Assembly (NCBI RefSeq): GCF_020745735.1
Contig: NW_026867631.1
Coordinates: 1,430,070-1,494,069 of the forward strand
DNA from: Hemiscyllium ocellatum
Taxonomy: Eukaryota
Direction of reading: 5' to 3'
Length of the DNA stretch: 64,000 nt
Shown: positions 23,316 to 35,278 of the stretch, piece by piece
Position numbering within the stretch: position 1 is the first letter of the stretch
Layout: the number at the start of each line of letters is the position of its first letter
Translations under genes and position numbers: made by a program
The notes under the pieces: generated by a model
What the model was told of the DNA's origin: nothing
What the model saw: the letters and a program-made list of their open reading frames with translations, nothing else
The model's database searches: none

Positions 23316-26300
23316 AGTTCTCAGATTCTGATCCAGAGTTGATACTTTTTAGTCGAACGTTCTCAGCTTCTCATCTATCCTCCCCCTCTCTGTGGAGCTG
23401 CTGATCCCTATTCATGCTGTTTGCGATGCTCCCACTCACACTGTGTGGCAACACATTGAACAGATCCCATTTATTATTAAAATGTGGAAAACCTCCTCTG
23501 CGATAACTGATATTAAGCTCAGTCATCAAACAAACAGGTTCAGTTAACATCTTCCACACATCACTGTTCACATCACAACAAAAGGGGACATTTACTTACT
23601 CGATATGGAATGTATGAGGGCTGCTATGGGTATGGAACAGAAATCGTTCAATAGCTTCAATCTTTCTTCTGTTAATGTGGGAGTAGTGTCAGAACACTGC
23701 AGGGTTGTATATGTTCCACTCTGTATATAAAAGGAGACAGAGATAAAATAACAGACCAGCTGCTTAAAATGACTACTGCGAAATTTTCTGGAGATCATAG
23801 CCAGGTTAACATTCTTCATTGCGTGTAAATTTGCACTATTCATAAGTGCCTGTTATCAAATCCTTTCATAACCTTGAGACAGAGCATTTGAACTGTTGCT
23901 TCGGATCAGGAGGAAGCAAGTCTGCCTCCAAGTGCCGATTACAGCTGGATAGGAAGACGCCATTCAGGGCCCGCAAACCAATTGCAACTTGTAGAGATTA
24001 AAAGCTGAAATTTTGAAAAGGAGAGTACTTAACACATAGAGGAATGTTACTGCAGCTGTACGAGGCGTTACTGAGAGGTCACATGAAGTACATTCTATTG
24101 TTTGTGTTTCTGGAACTGAGAAAGACGAGAACTCTATCAGATACAGTTTAATGGCTGTTCATCATCCACGGCAGACTATATCTTTTAATGTTTCGATCCT
24201 TTCATACAAAGACATGGGGAGGTCTCTCAGCCTCTCGAGCCTGATACAGAGGAAGAGAAGGAGGACATTCAGGTTTTCAAGTCCGTCATAGAAAAACAAT
24301 CAGACAGGTCGGTTGCGCATTTACTGATTTTTAAATTAAAAAACACAATACAAGCCCAGACAACATTCAAATTCTGTGGATGCATTACAGAAAGAGGAGA
24401 AAGCATTTCAGTGAACACAGGTTGTAAGGAATATTTTTATTCCATTCTGTCCTTCAATTCTGTTCCACAAGAGGAGCAGGACAGCGCAGAGCTCATGGAG
24501 CATGTTACTGAGGAGAAGGGAGAGGATATCGATTTTCACAAACCTGGTACACAGGAACAAGGTGCAGTCATTCAACTGCTAGAGTTTGAATCAAAGGAAA
24601 ATATGGAGCCCAGTGAGTCTCAGGGATACTGTCACCCGGAAACAGGAGGAGATAGCTCCCTTCCTACCAGTAAAATACAGTGGGAGAGAAGAAGAAATAA
24701 CCTGTGACAAACACAAATATCTGAATGCGCTAAATGAGCGGGGTAACTGTTACTGCCTTACTATTCAATGAGACCTGATCTGATCTGATTGCATCTCCTC
24801 ATTCCATTCCACGGTGATTCCTGTCTCTGCAGCCTCTGCTCCTTTTGTTTGTCATGTTGCAGACCAGGATGCTGTGACCTCTGTCACCATGACAAATCCA
24901 GAGCGGGTCACCAAAGCCTCTGATCGTTCTGAATTTCCACAGCAGCTTCAAAACATAAACTCCAGGAAACCATCCACACATCATTTCCATTAACTTTTCA
25001 ACAATAAAATAAACTCAAACGCTACTAAACGCAAAGTTCAGAAGCAGGGTATTAATCAATTCCAGGCTTGGGGATTCCTCATGTTACTGAACGCATAATC
25101 AGCAGGATGTGACTGTCACAGACTCGACAGGCACAGAACAAGCCAGGAAGACCTGTCTCAAAGCTGCTGATACCACATCTCCAACGTGGACCACAAAATA
25201 GGATATCAGGAAGTGAAAGAGAGCGCAATCTATCATTTATGACGTTCTTAATGTTTGTACCCGTTGTTCCAGGCTGCTTAACATAAAAGGCCATGAAAAT
25301 ACAGATTCATACACATTGTAATTGAACAATGCTATTAATTGTCAAAAAATTTCACCACCACAACGTATTCGCAGCGGAATGGGATGCATCGGTGGAATCA
25401 GATATTGGACGTTCCAATCAGAAGAATGTGAACACAAAATAAAATAAGTACCAAATTAGCTCAATTGGTTAGTTATACCAAATTCACAATACTCCTCAGA
25501 GAACAAACTCAGATACCAGACTGCAGATGAGGTATCTGTTAAACAGGGAGCACTGTGCTGACCTGGCGGGTTTACTGAATAATACAATCTCGCAATCTGT
25601 CCAGAATGAAACATTGTGCAGGCCACAGCAGTGCATTGACCTACAAAGTCAGACGAGATATTGGTGCGCCGTGAGGAACTGCTTGGTCCACAGAAATTCA
25701 TGATTACATAAACCCAGAAGCGTTTTTGGTTCAGCATGGGGAGCAGTATACAACACCCCAGTTCACTGCTCAGTAACACCGAGTAGAATCGCTGCCTAGC
25801 GTGGGGAACCTTGCTGTCTACGTTGGAAGTGTCAGAATGTGTAGTTCTAATCCATTCACAGCCCGATATCTCGATTTTCCTATGACATGGGGTGCTGAGG
25901 GTGAGCAACTCACTGCCAAATATAGATGTTTGCGGAATAGGTTGAAATACAAATAAATGGGAGATGATTCCGATGTTGACGGGGGCGCAGTAGCAGGGTG
26001 AAGATAAGAAACAATCTCATGGAAGGATGTCTTAACAGGTTTCCGAATTTTGAAATAATGTCATTTCGATAAAATCTTACAACGTGGGCCACTATTTCCA
26101 GGAATGATGGGTGGATGTGATATTGCTGTGATATTACAGATTGGAGAGAGTTTTGCATGAGCATTTGTTCTGCAGTTTTGTAATTCGGAGTGAGCTCGGC
26201 AGAGACTGTATCTCATTGAGTGGGATGTCACAATAATTTGTCTCAGTGACATTTACATTTTGTTTAACAGATTGACCGTCTGCACGAGGCTTAGCTCGCT

Positions 26301-27804
26301 TCCTACATCTACTTTATCAAATTTGCTTTGTTAACTACATATGACACCCCACGGTGTCCGTCTCATTCAGCTCCAGCTAGAGTCTCTCACCAACCATGAC
26401 TGGATCTACTCACAATTGCCCGAAAGCCCCTGGATCTTCCCTGAGGCCTGTCATTATTGTCATCTTTAAAAGGCCAATGAGTATAATTTTGCTTTCTCAA
26501 TTGAGCTTTCACTTTGCAGTGCACGGTTTACCCCGAACATGGCAGATAAGAGGCAAGTACACCACAATTTGTCCACAGCAGCACATGTGTCTCTGTGGAT
26601 GGGCATGTGCTGAGGAGAATCATTCTCTTTCCAGATCACGCCACACCGCCAGATCTACCGAACATGGTCTGAGTTCAACATCCAGCTCAGTGCAGTATCT
26701 ATGGTCTGAAATAAGGCTCAGCAATACAGGACAAGCACAAATACCTTCCCTGCTCTCCCAGGATAAGAAAGTCCATATTCTCGCTGCTCCCTCACACTCA
26801 ACGCATATCAGTTAAAACACCTCCCCAAAACAAGGCTCATGCTGCACCACTACTGCATATAGAATTCTTCAGTTATATGTAATTTAATGATAATGTATTT
26901 ATTGGATTTTAAAGTGACCCTGCCAACTTCTCTCTTTGGCAGTGATGATCATATCCACAACAGTGAAATAGACAGAACCTGCACATGCTGTATCCGTTAT
27001 AGCACCTTTCTCTTCTCTCTCTCTTTCTCAACTATGCAGAACAGCTACATGGTTGTATAATGTTCCGGAGAATGTTGATTACAAAATGTTCTGGAACATG
27101 CCACTTCTAGAAGTTATTTATACGGTGTCGAATATGGATTGTTCCAGGTAACGTTCCAAATAATCCCATGGTTCAGGAAAATGTCAGTTGTCCAGTGTAT
27201 AAAACATAAAGGAAGAGAGCAGTGCAGCATTTTTTCCCAAATCACACACATTTGAAAGCAATCATGAGGCCAATCAGCCCTCCATATCTGCCTCACGAAT
27301 CAATAAGATCGGGTCAGATTTAACGGTGTCCTTAGATTCAAGTTACAGGAACCTTCATACATAAAACACTCTGGGTTCCTGTCACTGACAGACAACAATC
27401 GGACACCTTTTTTTAATCTCGGTTCACGCAAGTATTTGAGGAGCATGTCTGGTGAAGACAGACGCTCCAAATAACATATTACATCAGATTTATGCTTTTA
27501 GGTAATCATAAGCAAACCTTACAAAGACCAATCACAACTATACATATAACGAATATGTAAACAAATATCCATTCGCTTTATGATCATCAATGTCCAATCA
27601 CAAACGGTAATTCTGGTTATTGCACTTGTCTTAGCTTATTGTATTAATCCAAAGGCAACATCTCAACACTTGCAACATTACAAAGTACAATTTGTCGTAG
27701 AAAATGCTTTTCGTTGTTTTCAACCGTTACCTTTACCATTATCTGATTTAAACTTCCTTGTTATCAAAGTTTCAAATTTACTTTCTCTTTGGGTATTTCT
27801 GTCA

Positions 27805-27995
27805 TAGCCAGTCACGCAGCCTCATGATCAGTAGGCTGGACGACTGTTGTCTGATGCAGAGGGAGTCCAACACTGTACGTTCAGTTTCGCATACTGATAA
27901 CGTTTACTATGAGGGGAACATATTCTCAACCTCACACATCACGCGAGGGGTGGTGACCCGCAGGCAAATCCAACATCAGTGGTCTCTCTCTAATG
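27805..27995 (+). mobile_element. Old tRNA-derived SINE-like repeat
   Basis: Degenerate A/B-box-like head (tcagtaggctggacg..gttcagtttcg) and a short body. Confidence 0.3.
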
Positions 27996-28939
27996 GCAGA
28001 ACGTTCCCATGTCATTGTGGAGACTTTGTTCCATCACTGTTAGCATTTGTGAATATTATGAGCATCATAATTTCTTTTCCATTTTATTCCTTGATGTTTG
28101 AGTGATCTGCAGTTTCATTTTAACCACTGTCAGTAGCTTCCCCCACACTGCACATTCCTGCACACCCCCTGATGATCTGAGACTCCGTTGTTATTTATGA
28201 ATCTCACTGTCAATGCCTCAAAATTATTCAATGTCTTTGCCTCGAAAGGTCTCTGGAGAAGAACAGCTTCAAAGATTCACAACAATCTGTGCAAGGGAAA
28301 AATGCCCGTGTCATGTCCGTAAGAAATAGTAGATGACGGTAAACGAAAAATAAAGACAAAAATGTGCCCGTGATCTGTAATGTCAATCAACTCTGTCGAA
28401 AGGACGTGCTACTGTAGCTGTTTTCAGGCGAACTGAGAACACATTCGGAGGACTGTGTGTGAAAGTTTTCTTTTGTGTCTCCTTATATGAGAATGTATAT
28501 AATTACATTGGAATCAGTTCAGAGATGTTGCATTGTACTTAATTCTGGAACGAAGACATATTCTATGAAGGCTTGACAGAGTATCCTTGAGAGTGAATCT
28601 TATGGAATCAAACAAACTCTTGTGGAGAGTGAATCATTTGGATGCACTATTGTTGTTTATATATTTCAAATGTGCTGTCCTTCAGCTTTGGATTTTTTAA
28701 AAAGGAAGCGTCGTTTGGTAATAAACGAGTTAGTTGTGGGCGATGATACAAATCGGCTGAGTTGTTCTTATCACTGAACACGACTGAGTCTAATATCTAT
28801 ATTTGGCCATATCATCGACCTGGCTCAACGAAATCCTTTGGCCTCCCTGATTACAATATTGCACAAAATAGCTTACAGGAAAATAACCAGTTTCCTTTTC
28901 AAAGACAGAGAATAATAATATAAAAAAGCAACAAGAGTA

Positions 28940-30190
28940 ATCGATTTAGCCCTTCAATCCTTCCACATTTTTTGAATAACAACAAGATTGATCAACTCTT
29001 AGATTTAAACCCAATTTATGTCTCAGTCCTTTTATACACAACTCACCAACATGCTAATAATACGTCCATCCCGTCCCTGAACAATTTTCGTGATCGAGCC
29101 TCCACAACTCTCTGCATTTGTGAATTCCAGATATTCACTAGCTTGTGAGAGATGACATTCATTTGTATCTCAGTTTTAAATCAACGCCCCTTATTCAGTA
29201 TCTGTTCCCCCGATTCCACTCAGGAATGGAAACACCTTCTACAATCGGACTTGTCAAGGACAAAGTGAGGACTACAGATGCTGGAGATCAGAGTTAAAAA
29301 GTGTGTCGTTGAAAGCACAACAGACCAGGTAGGATCTGAGGAGCAGGACAGTTGATGATTCGAAAATCATCCCTTCATCTACCCTCTCAGGGCTCTGCTT
29401 TAAGTTGTATATTTTAGCACTACTACCCCTCATTCATTTGATGCAAATATTAAACGCAAAAATAGCTGTCATCTTGCATTGTTCATATAGTCACTAACCT
29501 TATCTATAGCCTCTGTCAGATTCCTTAAATCCTTATTACAAATTTCATTTTTGAGTACGATTGTGTCATAAGCAAACTAGGATACGTGTTGCACTCAATC
29601 CCTCTGCTCCGCCATCAGCACTGTTTTGTACATAACGAATGACATTCGTGGTACTCCAGATGATACATTTTTTAAACCAGAAAAGCCATATTAGTTCTTA
29701 CTGTCCTTCTTCTGTGGGTTAACAAATTCTCATTCCATGCCCTGAGCTCCTGACTGATGTGAGGACCTTCATTTTGTGGTAGCTTTTCGAAGGAATCCAG
29801 GAAAGCCCAGTACACTGTCGATCAGTTTGACTCTGTTACGTTTGTTTTTACATTCGCAATGAACTGCAGCAAGATTTACCATGATTTTACAAAGAATAAC
29901 GCAATTTCCCTTTCACCATTCCATGTTAAATCTGACTGTGTTAAGCGTTTAAAATTTCCTGCAATTCCATTCTCAATAACGGACTCTGGGAGATTCGCAG
30001 CAATAATGTTCAGGCTAAATCGCCTCACGGTTCCCGAATTCCATATAACCCACTTCTTGAAGACAGGCCTCACTTTGTGTGTTCTGCAGTTTTGCTGGAA
30101 CATATCTGCACACCAATGACGTGTGGAATATTTCAAACAACACCACCAGTCACGGCACCATCAATTATTTTAAAACTGTGCGTCGTTTGC
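28940..30190 (-). mobile_element. Decayed CR1 fragments with a Penelope-type single arm at ~29260-29380
   Basis: Minus-strand WNSGT/RRFSLN-type CR1 3' and RT residues; arm gacaaagtgaggactacagatgctggagatc..cccttcatc. Confidence 0.55.
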
Positions 30191-30242
30191 TACTGAGCTA
30201 TATCCATTTCATCGTATCTGTCTGATTAAAAAAACACACTCC

Positions 30243-30520
30243 GATTAGATCTTCTACAGTGCAGAAACAGGTCTTTCGGCCCAACCAGTTCACACGGAAC
30301 CCCTCCAGACTCATTACTCTCTGATTACTGATTTAACACTATGGGACAATTTAGCATAGCAAGTGCACCTAACCAGCACATTTTTGGATTGCAGGATGAA
30401 ACGCTCATAGGCATGGTGTGATCGTGTAAACTCTACACCAACAGCCCCCGAAGCTAGAACCGAACCTCAGACCAGGGGGTGATAACGCAATGGTACTAAC
30501 CACTGAGCCAACGTGCCACC
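30243..30520 (-). mobile_element. HE1-type SINE, diverged
   Basis: Colinear with the young SINE copy. Confidence 0.75.
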
Positions 30521-30999
30521 TGCTTTGTGCTGCTAACGTTAAGCATATTTTCTCTGATCGCTGTGTAGTTTGTATCACTGAAAGACCAACAGTGCCTTCT
30601 CCGGTGAGGAAGGATGCAAAATACCAATGCAAGTTCTCTGCCTGTTCCTTGTACCCAATTCCTCACTCACAACCTCCAAGTGTCCCTTATACACTTTACT
30701 GACTTTCTTTCTTCTAAGGCTCACAAACATTCATCTTGAGTTTTTGTAAAATATCCGTCGAAAATCACTTACTGTTGGTTTCTATCTACCTTACCAAGTT
30801 ATTTTCTTTCTACTTCACTTTGAAACATCTGCTTCTGGTTCCTATAATAGCAAAACCAAATCCGGTCTATTCTAATGTTCACCAATTTTATATATTTAGT
30901 TTGTGATTTAATGCTTTCACTGACAGTGTCTTTGAACAATGAGTAGTTCTCCTTCTGATCAGGATTAGAGGGGTGCATCACACTCAATTTGCTTCACCA

Positions 31000-31550
31000 A
31001 AGTGCAAAAAATGACTGTTATTAAGGGCATTGGTGAGGGCAAAACTCGCATATTATGTGCAATGTTGTTAAACTTTTCTATGTAAGATGCCTTAGCTCTC
31101 GGGGGAGTGCAGTGAAGATTTACGAAGGTGAAACCGGGGAGATATTGACGATGTTACGATTGTTTTCTCTTGATTTCGTACGAGTGACAGAGGATCATAT
31201 CGACACTTGTAAAATTCTGACAGGAGTAGACAGGGTAGATGCAAAACAGATGTTCCGTATGGTGTCTGTGTCCAGAACCGAGAGTCGCAGACTGAGGTTT
31301 CGGGTCTGGACTATTTTGGATGCACATAAGGAGGCATTGTCAAAGCAAAGATTAATGAGCCTGTGGAATTCATTACCGCAGGAATTAGTTGATGTGAAAT
31401 CAATCAACGTACTCAAGAGATGGTTGGATATTGCACATGGGGAAGATTACGGTTTGAATACAAGTTTAGAATATTGGGTAGGTTGATCAGTAATGATCAT
31501 TACGAATGTTGGACCCTCCTTCTGCTCCTATCTTCTATGCTTTATGCTTT
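31000..31550 (+). mobile_element. CR1 LINE 3' fragment
   Basis: ORF 31055-31486 LFSL..KILTGVDRVD..QRLMSLWNSLPQ matches the CR1 ORF2 C-terminus. Confidence 0.8.
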
Positions 31551-32339
31551 TCTGTTTCATTTCGAAGAATTCAACATATCAGCCTCTACAGGTCTGGTTT
31601 AATCGTAAATGCAAGCACATAGTCCTTTGATTATATCTTAAATGCACTCTGAAGTGATCAAGCAAATAATGCAATGGCCTCAAGCAATTGCGAGGTCTGA
31701 AAGTCTAAGCTCAGACAGAAAAGCCAGCTGCGAAAAGGGAACCGTAATCTAAGCCCTTTTGACTGCACAGAGACTGCCTTTCTGACGTCTGACAGCAAGT
31801 GACAACATTTAATAAGCTTCCACAGACTGAACAGTAATTGGAAAATGATCAGAGAATTCAACCCATTGAACATTTGCCAATGCCTGGACATTGCTGTATA
31901 TTAGCTCAATGTACTATGTGCTAATCCCTAAACGCGACTGATTAGTGAAAGAAGAACACAATTAAATTTCGAGCAGGAATCACTCCTACGGTCCGTAGAA
32001 CTTGCTTCTCAGTTCAAGTATTGATGAATTATCCTTTATCTCCATATCGGACTCCTGCTCTCTGTCCATCCCTTTTGTTTCAAGAAACCAATCTACGTGA
32101 TTCTACTTTACACTCAGTGCCTGGGCTTCCACAGCATGATATGGTAACAAATATCGAATTAATCAGTGTCTGAGTGAAGGATCTATTCAAATCAAAATAA
32201 ATAATATCCTGCATATATGTAAGACTGCAGCTCCTTCTTTTAGACGTGCAAGCCAGGGAATGATCATTGCTATTTTCATTCTGTCTCGCCGTTTCAAATG
32301 TTATAGATTTTGCTGACATCCTCACTCAGTTTCATGTAA

Positions 32340-32641
32340 TAGAATCTAAACTGTGTGATAATATGCCATTTGGCCCAACAAGTCCACTCCGTCCCTCTTA
32401 AACGTAAAACACCCAGATTCATTCCGGAAACATATTGATCGATATTTGTGCAACACAATCCTGAACATTATGGGCAATTTCACAAATTCACATGACCTGC
32501 ACATTTTTGGACTGTGGGATAAAACCTATGTAGACGCAGGGAGAAGGTCCCAACTCCACACAGACAGTTGCTATATGCTGGAATCGAATACATATCCAAG
32601 GGTGATGACGCATTACTGCTAACCACTGACCCACCGTGCCA
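32340..32641 (-). mobile_element. HE1-type SINE, diverged (partly duplicated at 35465-35605)
   Basis: Tail, body and head are all recognisable. Confidence 0.75.
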
Positions 32642-32701
32642 ATAACCAAAATAAATGTCACCCGGATGTTCTGTCAGATCACCAGATGCTGCATCTCTCT
32701 C

Positions 32702-32830
32702 GAGGAAACCCACGCAGACACGGTGAGAACGTGCAAACTCCACACAGTCAGTCGCCTGAGTCGGGAATTGAACCCGGGTCTCAGGCGCTGTGAGGCAGCA
32801 GTGCCAACCACTGTGCCACCGTGCCGCCCA
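32702..32830 (-). mobile_element. Young HE1 SINE head only (3'-truncated)
   Basis: About 3 differences from 22981-23110; absent from the mirror arm. Confidence 0.9.
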
Positions 32831-34245
32831 CAAATGAGCGTCTGCTTATTTGAATCTTAACCACCATAAAGCTCACTCTGCCTCATGAACAGTTCAAGTG
32901 AGTGACGAATCACTTTGTGAAGAAAGCAAGTAACAGTTTATTATTTATCGCCGAGAAACACAAGTAGGTTAAAAACCAATTACCTCCTTTGTAAATCTCC
33001 TTGGTCTGAATAATATCTTTTACCTCAAACACTCGAATAATATAATGATTCGATAAATAAATCTGACGAAGTTTTACCGATGAAATCAAATTTCCAAAAC
33101 TGCCAGGAGTCACTTTACCCTTGGTATCTTCGTTTGTACTTTCCTGGGTCTTTTCTTCGGTCTTCTGTCTGACAACATTCATTTGAAACTGTACTTTTCA
33201 GAGAGAGGCACTGCAGGCCTTATATTAGTTGGTGCTCTCTCCCGCTCGTGTAGCTGTGCAAAATACCCGATTTCACATACCCGAAACGTCGACCTGCCTC
33301 ATTAGTTTGATGTCATCCTGAAGAGTAAAATTCAAATGTAGTTGTATTTTGCTAACTCGGGGGGCATATTTTTAACGGATTCTGCAAATTTGAACTTGTT
33401 TTGTTAGGCAGCAACACAGCCTCAGCTATTTTTGTTTTCACAACCAAATGTTGCATTTTTAAATCTTCAGGACACTCTCTGTTTCTCTCGGTCTTTGCCA
33501 GTTTCCATAATCTCTTAAAGGTAAAAAAACACCCCTGCATCTTCATAACACATGCCCCCTTAATGAAAAAAATCATGAACGATCACAATTAAAAGAAGGT
33601 TACATATTTTCCTCTACTACTGAACTGCATTATCATTATAAACATATAACTTTAATGTTAATCCTTATTAACTTCCACACACACATATACATAATTTATT
33701 TTTTATTAGCGAATTCGCGATAACGTACCTGCTATTACATTCTTCCAATGAACATTATGTACGATATGTCAATTAAATGTCTGTAAGATGAGATTCCAAA
33801 GAAATCGTCTCGTATCATTATCTTCAAAGCGTTCCAAGAATGGGAGAGGATTGTGATCCGAGCACATATTCCTCTCTGACACATTTTTTCGTGACATACA
33901 CATTAAAATGTTCTTAGGCCAGCAGCAAACTCAATCGTTATTCTCTTTAGGATCATAGAGTATTTTACCTGATCTTTACTTAGTTTCTTTTAAAAGCAAA
34001 CAATTGGCAGTTAAACGGCATTGTCATCTTTTTGTATCAGTACCGTGCCAATTCCGATATCACAGACATCGAGAGCAACTTTGAAAGGTGTCAAACAGTT
34101 TGGTATAGCTAAAACTGGTGCAGTGTTTAATATTGCTTTTAACTTGCCAGATGCCCCGGACACTGTTCTACCTCACATTTTTTGTGTTCTGCTTCAGAAA
34201 ATCTGTTTACCGTGTTACTACGCTGCTGAGGTTTGGGACCGATAG
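32831..34245 (-). mobile_element. Gmr1-like 3' end: RNase H remnant, PPT and 3' LTR (32831-33550)
   Basis: Minus strand TTAAGGGGGCATG|TGTTATGAAGATG; 33780-34245 is colinear with 45780-46230. Confidence 0.8.
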
Positions 34246-34252
34246 TCGTCAT

Positions 34253-34370
34253 GATTTGGAGATGCCAGTGTTGTACTGGGGTGTACAAAGTTAAAAAATC
34301 ACACAACACCCAGTCATAGTTCAACAGGTTTAATTGAAACAACACTAGCTTTCGAAGAGACACTCCTTCA
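34253..34370. mobile_element. Second-family Penelope-type terminal repeat fragment
   Basis: Matches the left arm of 52576-52801. Confidence 0.7.
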
Positions 34371-34548
34371 AAATGTCTTTAAAACGGTTTTGTGATTTAC
34401 ATCAAACAGCTATACCAAACTGGAAATTAATATGAATTAATATTAAAGTTGTATGTTTGTAATGGTAATGCGGTTCAGTACTAGAGGAAAAATATGTAAC
34501 CTTCTTTTAATTATGATGGTCCATGATTTTTTTCCTTAAGGGGGAATG

Positions 34549-35278
34549 TATTATGAAGATGCAGGGGTACATTTTACCTATAAGAGAGTATGGAAACTGG
34601 CAAGGATTTAGCGAAACAGAGAGTGTGATGAAGATTTAAAAATGCAACATTTGGTTGTGAAACAAAATTAGCTGAGGCTGTGTTGCTGCCTAACAAAACA
34701 AGTTCAAATTTGCAGAATCAGTTAAAAATATGCCCCGAGTTAGCAAAATACAACTACATTTGAATTTTACTTTTCAGGATGACCTCAAATTGATGAGGGA
34801 GTTCGATGTTTTGGGGTATGTGAAATCGGGTATTTTGAAAAGTTAGACGAGCGGCAGAGAGCACCGACTAATGTATGGCCTGCAGCGCCTCTCTCTGAAA
34901 AGTACATTTTCAAATGAACGTTGTCAGACAGAAGACCGAAGAAGAGATCCAGGAAAGTACAAACGAATATACCAAGGGTAAAGTGACTCCTGGGAGGTTT
35001 GGAAATTTGATTTCGTCGGTAAAACTTCGTCAGATTTATTTAACAAATCATTATATTATTCGAGTGTTTGAGGTAAAAATATTATTCAGACCAAGGAGAT
35101 TTACAGTTGAGGTAATTGTTTTTTAACATACTTGTGTTTCTCGGCGATAAATAATAAACTGTTACTTGCTTTCTTCACAAAGTGATTCGTCACTCACTTG
35201 AACTGTTCATGAGGCAGCGTGAGCTTTATGGTGGTTAAGATTCAAATAAGAAGAAGCGTTTGCACCCGTGTTGTAACA
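34549..35278 (+). mobile_element. LTR (~730 bp) preceded by a PPT, inside the right arm of the inverted duplication
   Basis: aagggggaatg|tattatgaagatg ... cccgtgttgtaaca. Confidence 0.8.

Noticed and set aside
25540-25720. Immunoglobulin V-like YWCAV motif
   Set aside because: No upstream conserved Cys/Trp spacing, leader or RSS; likely chance.
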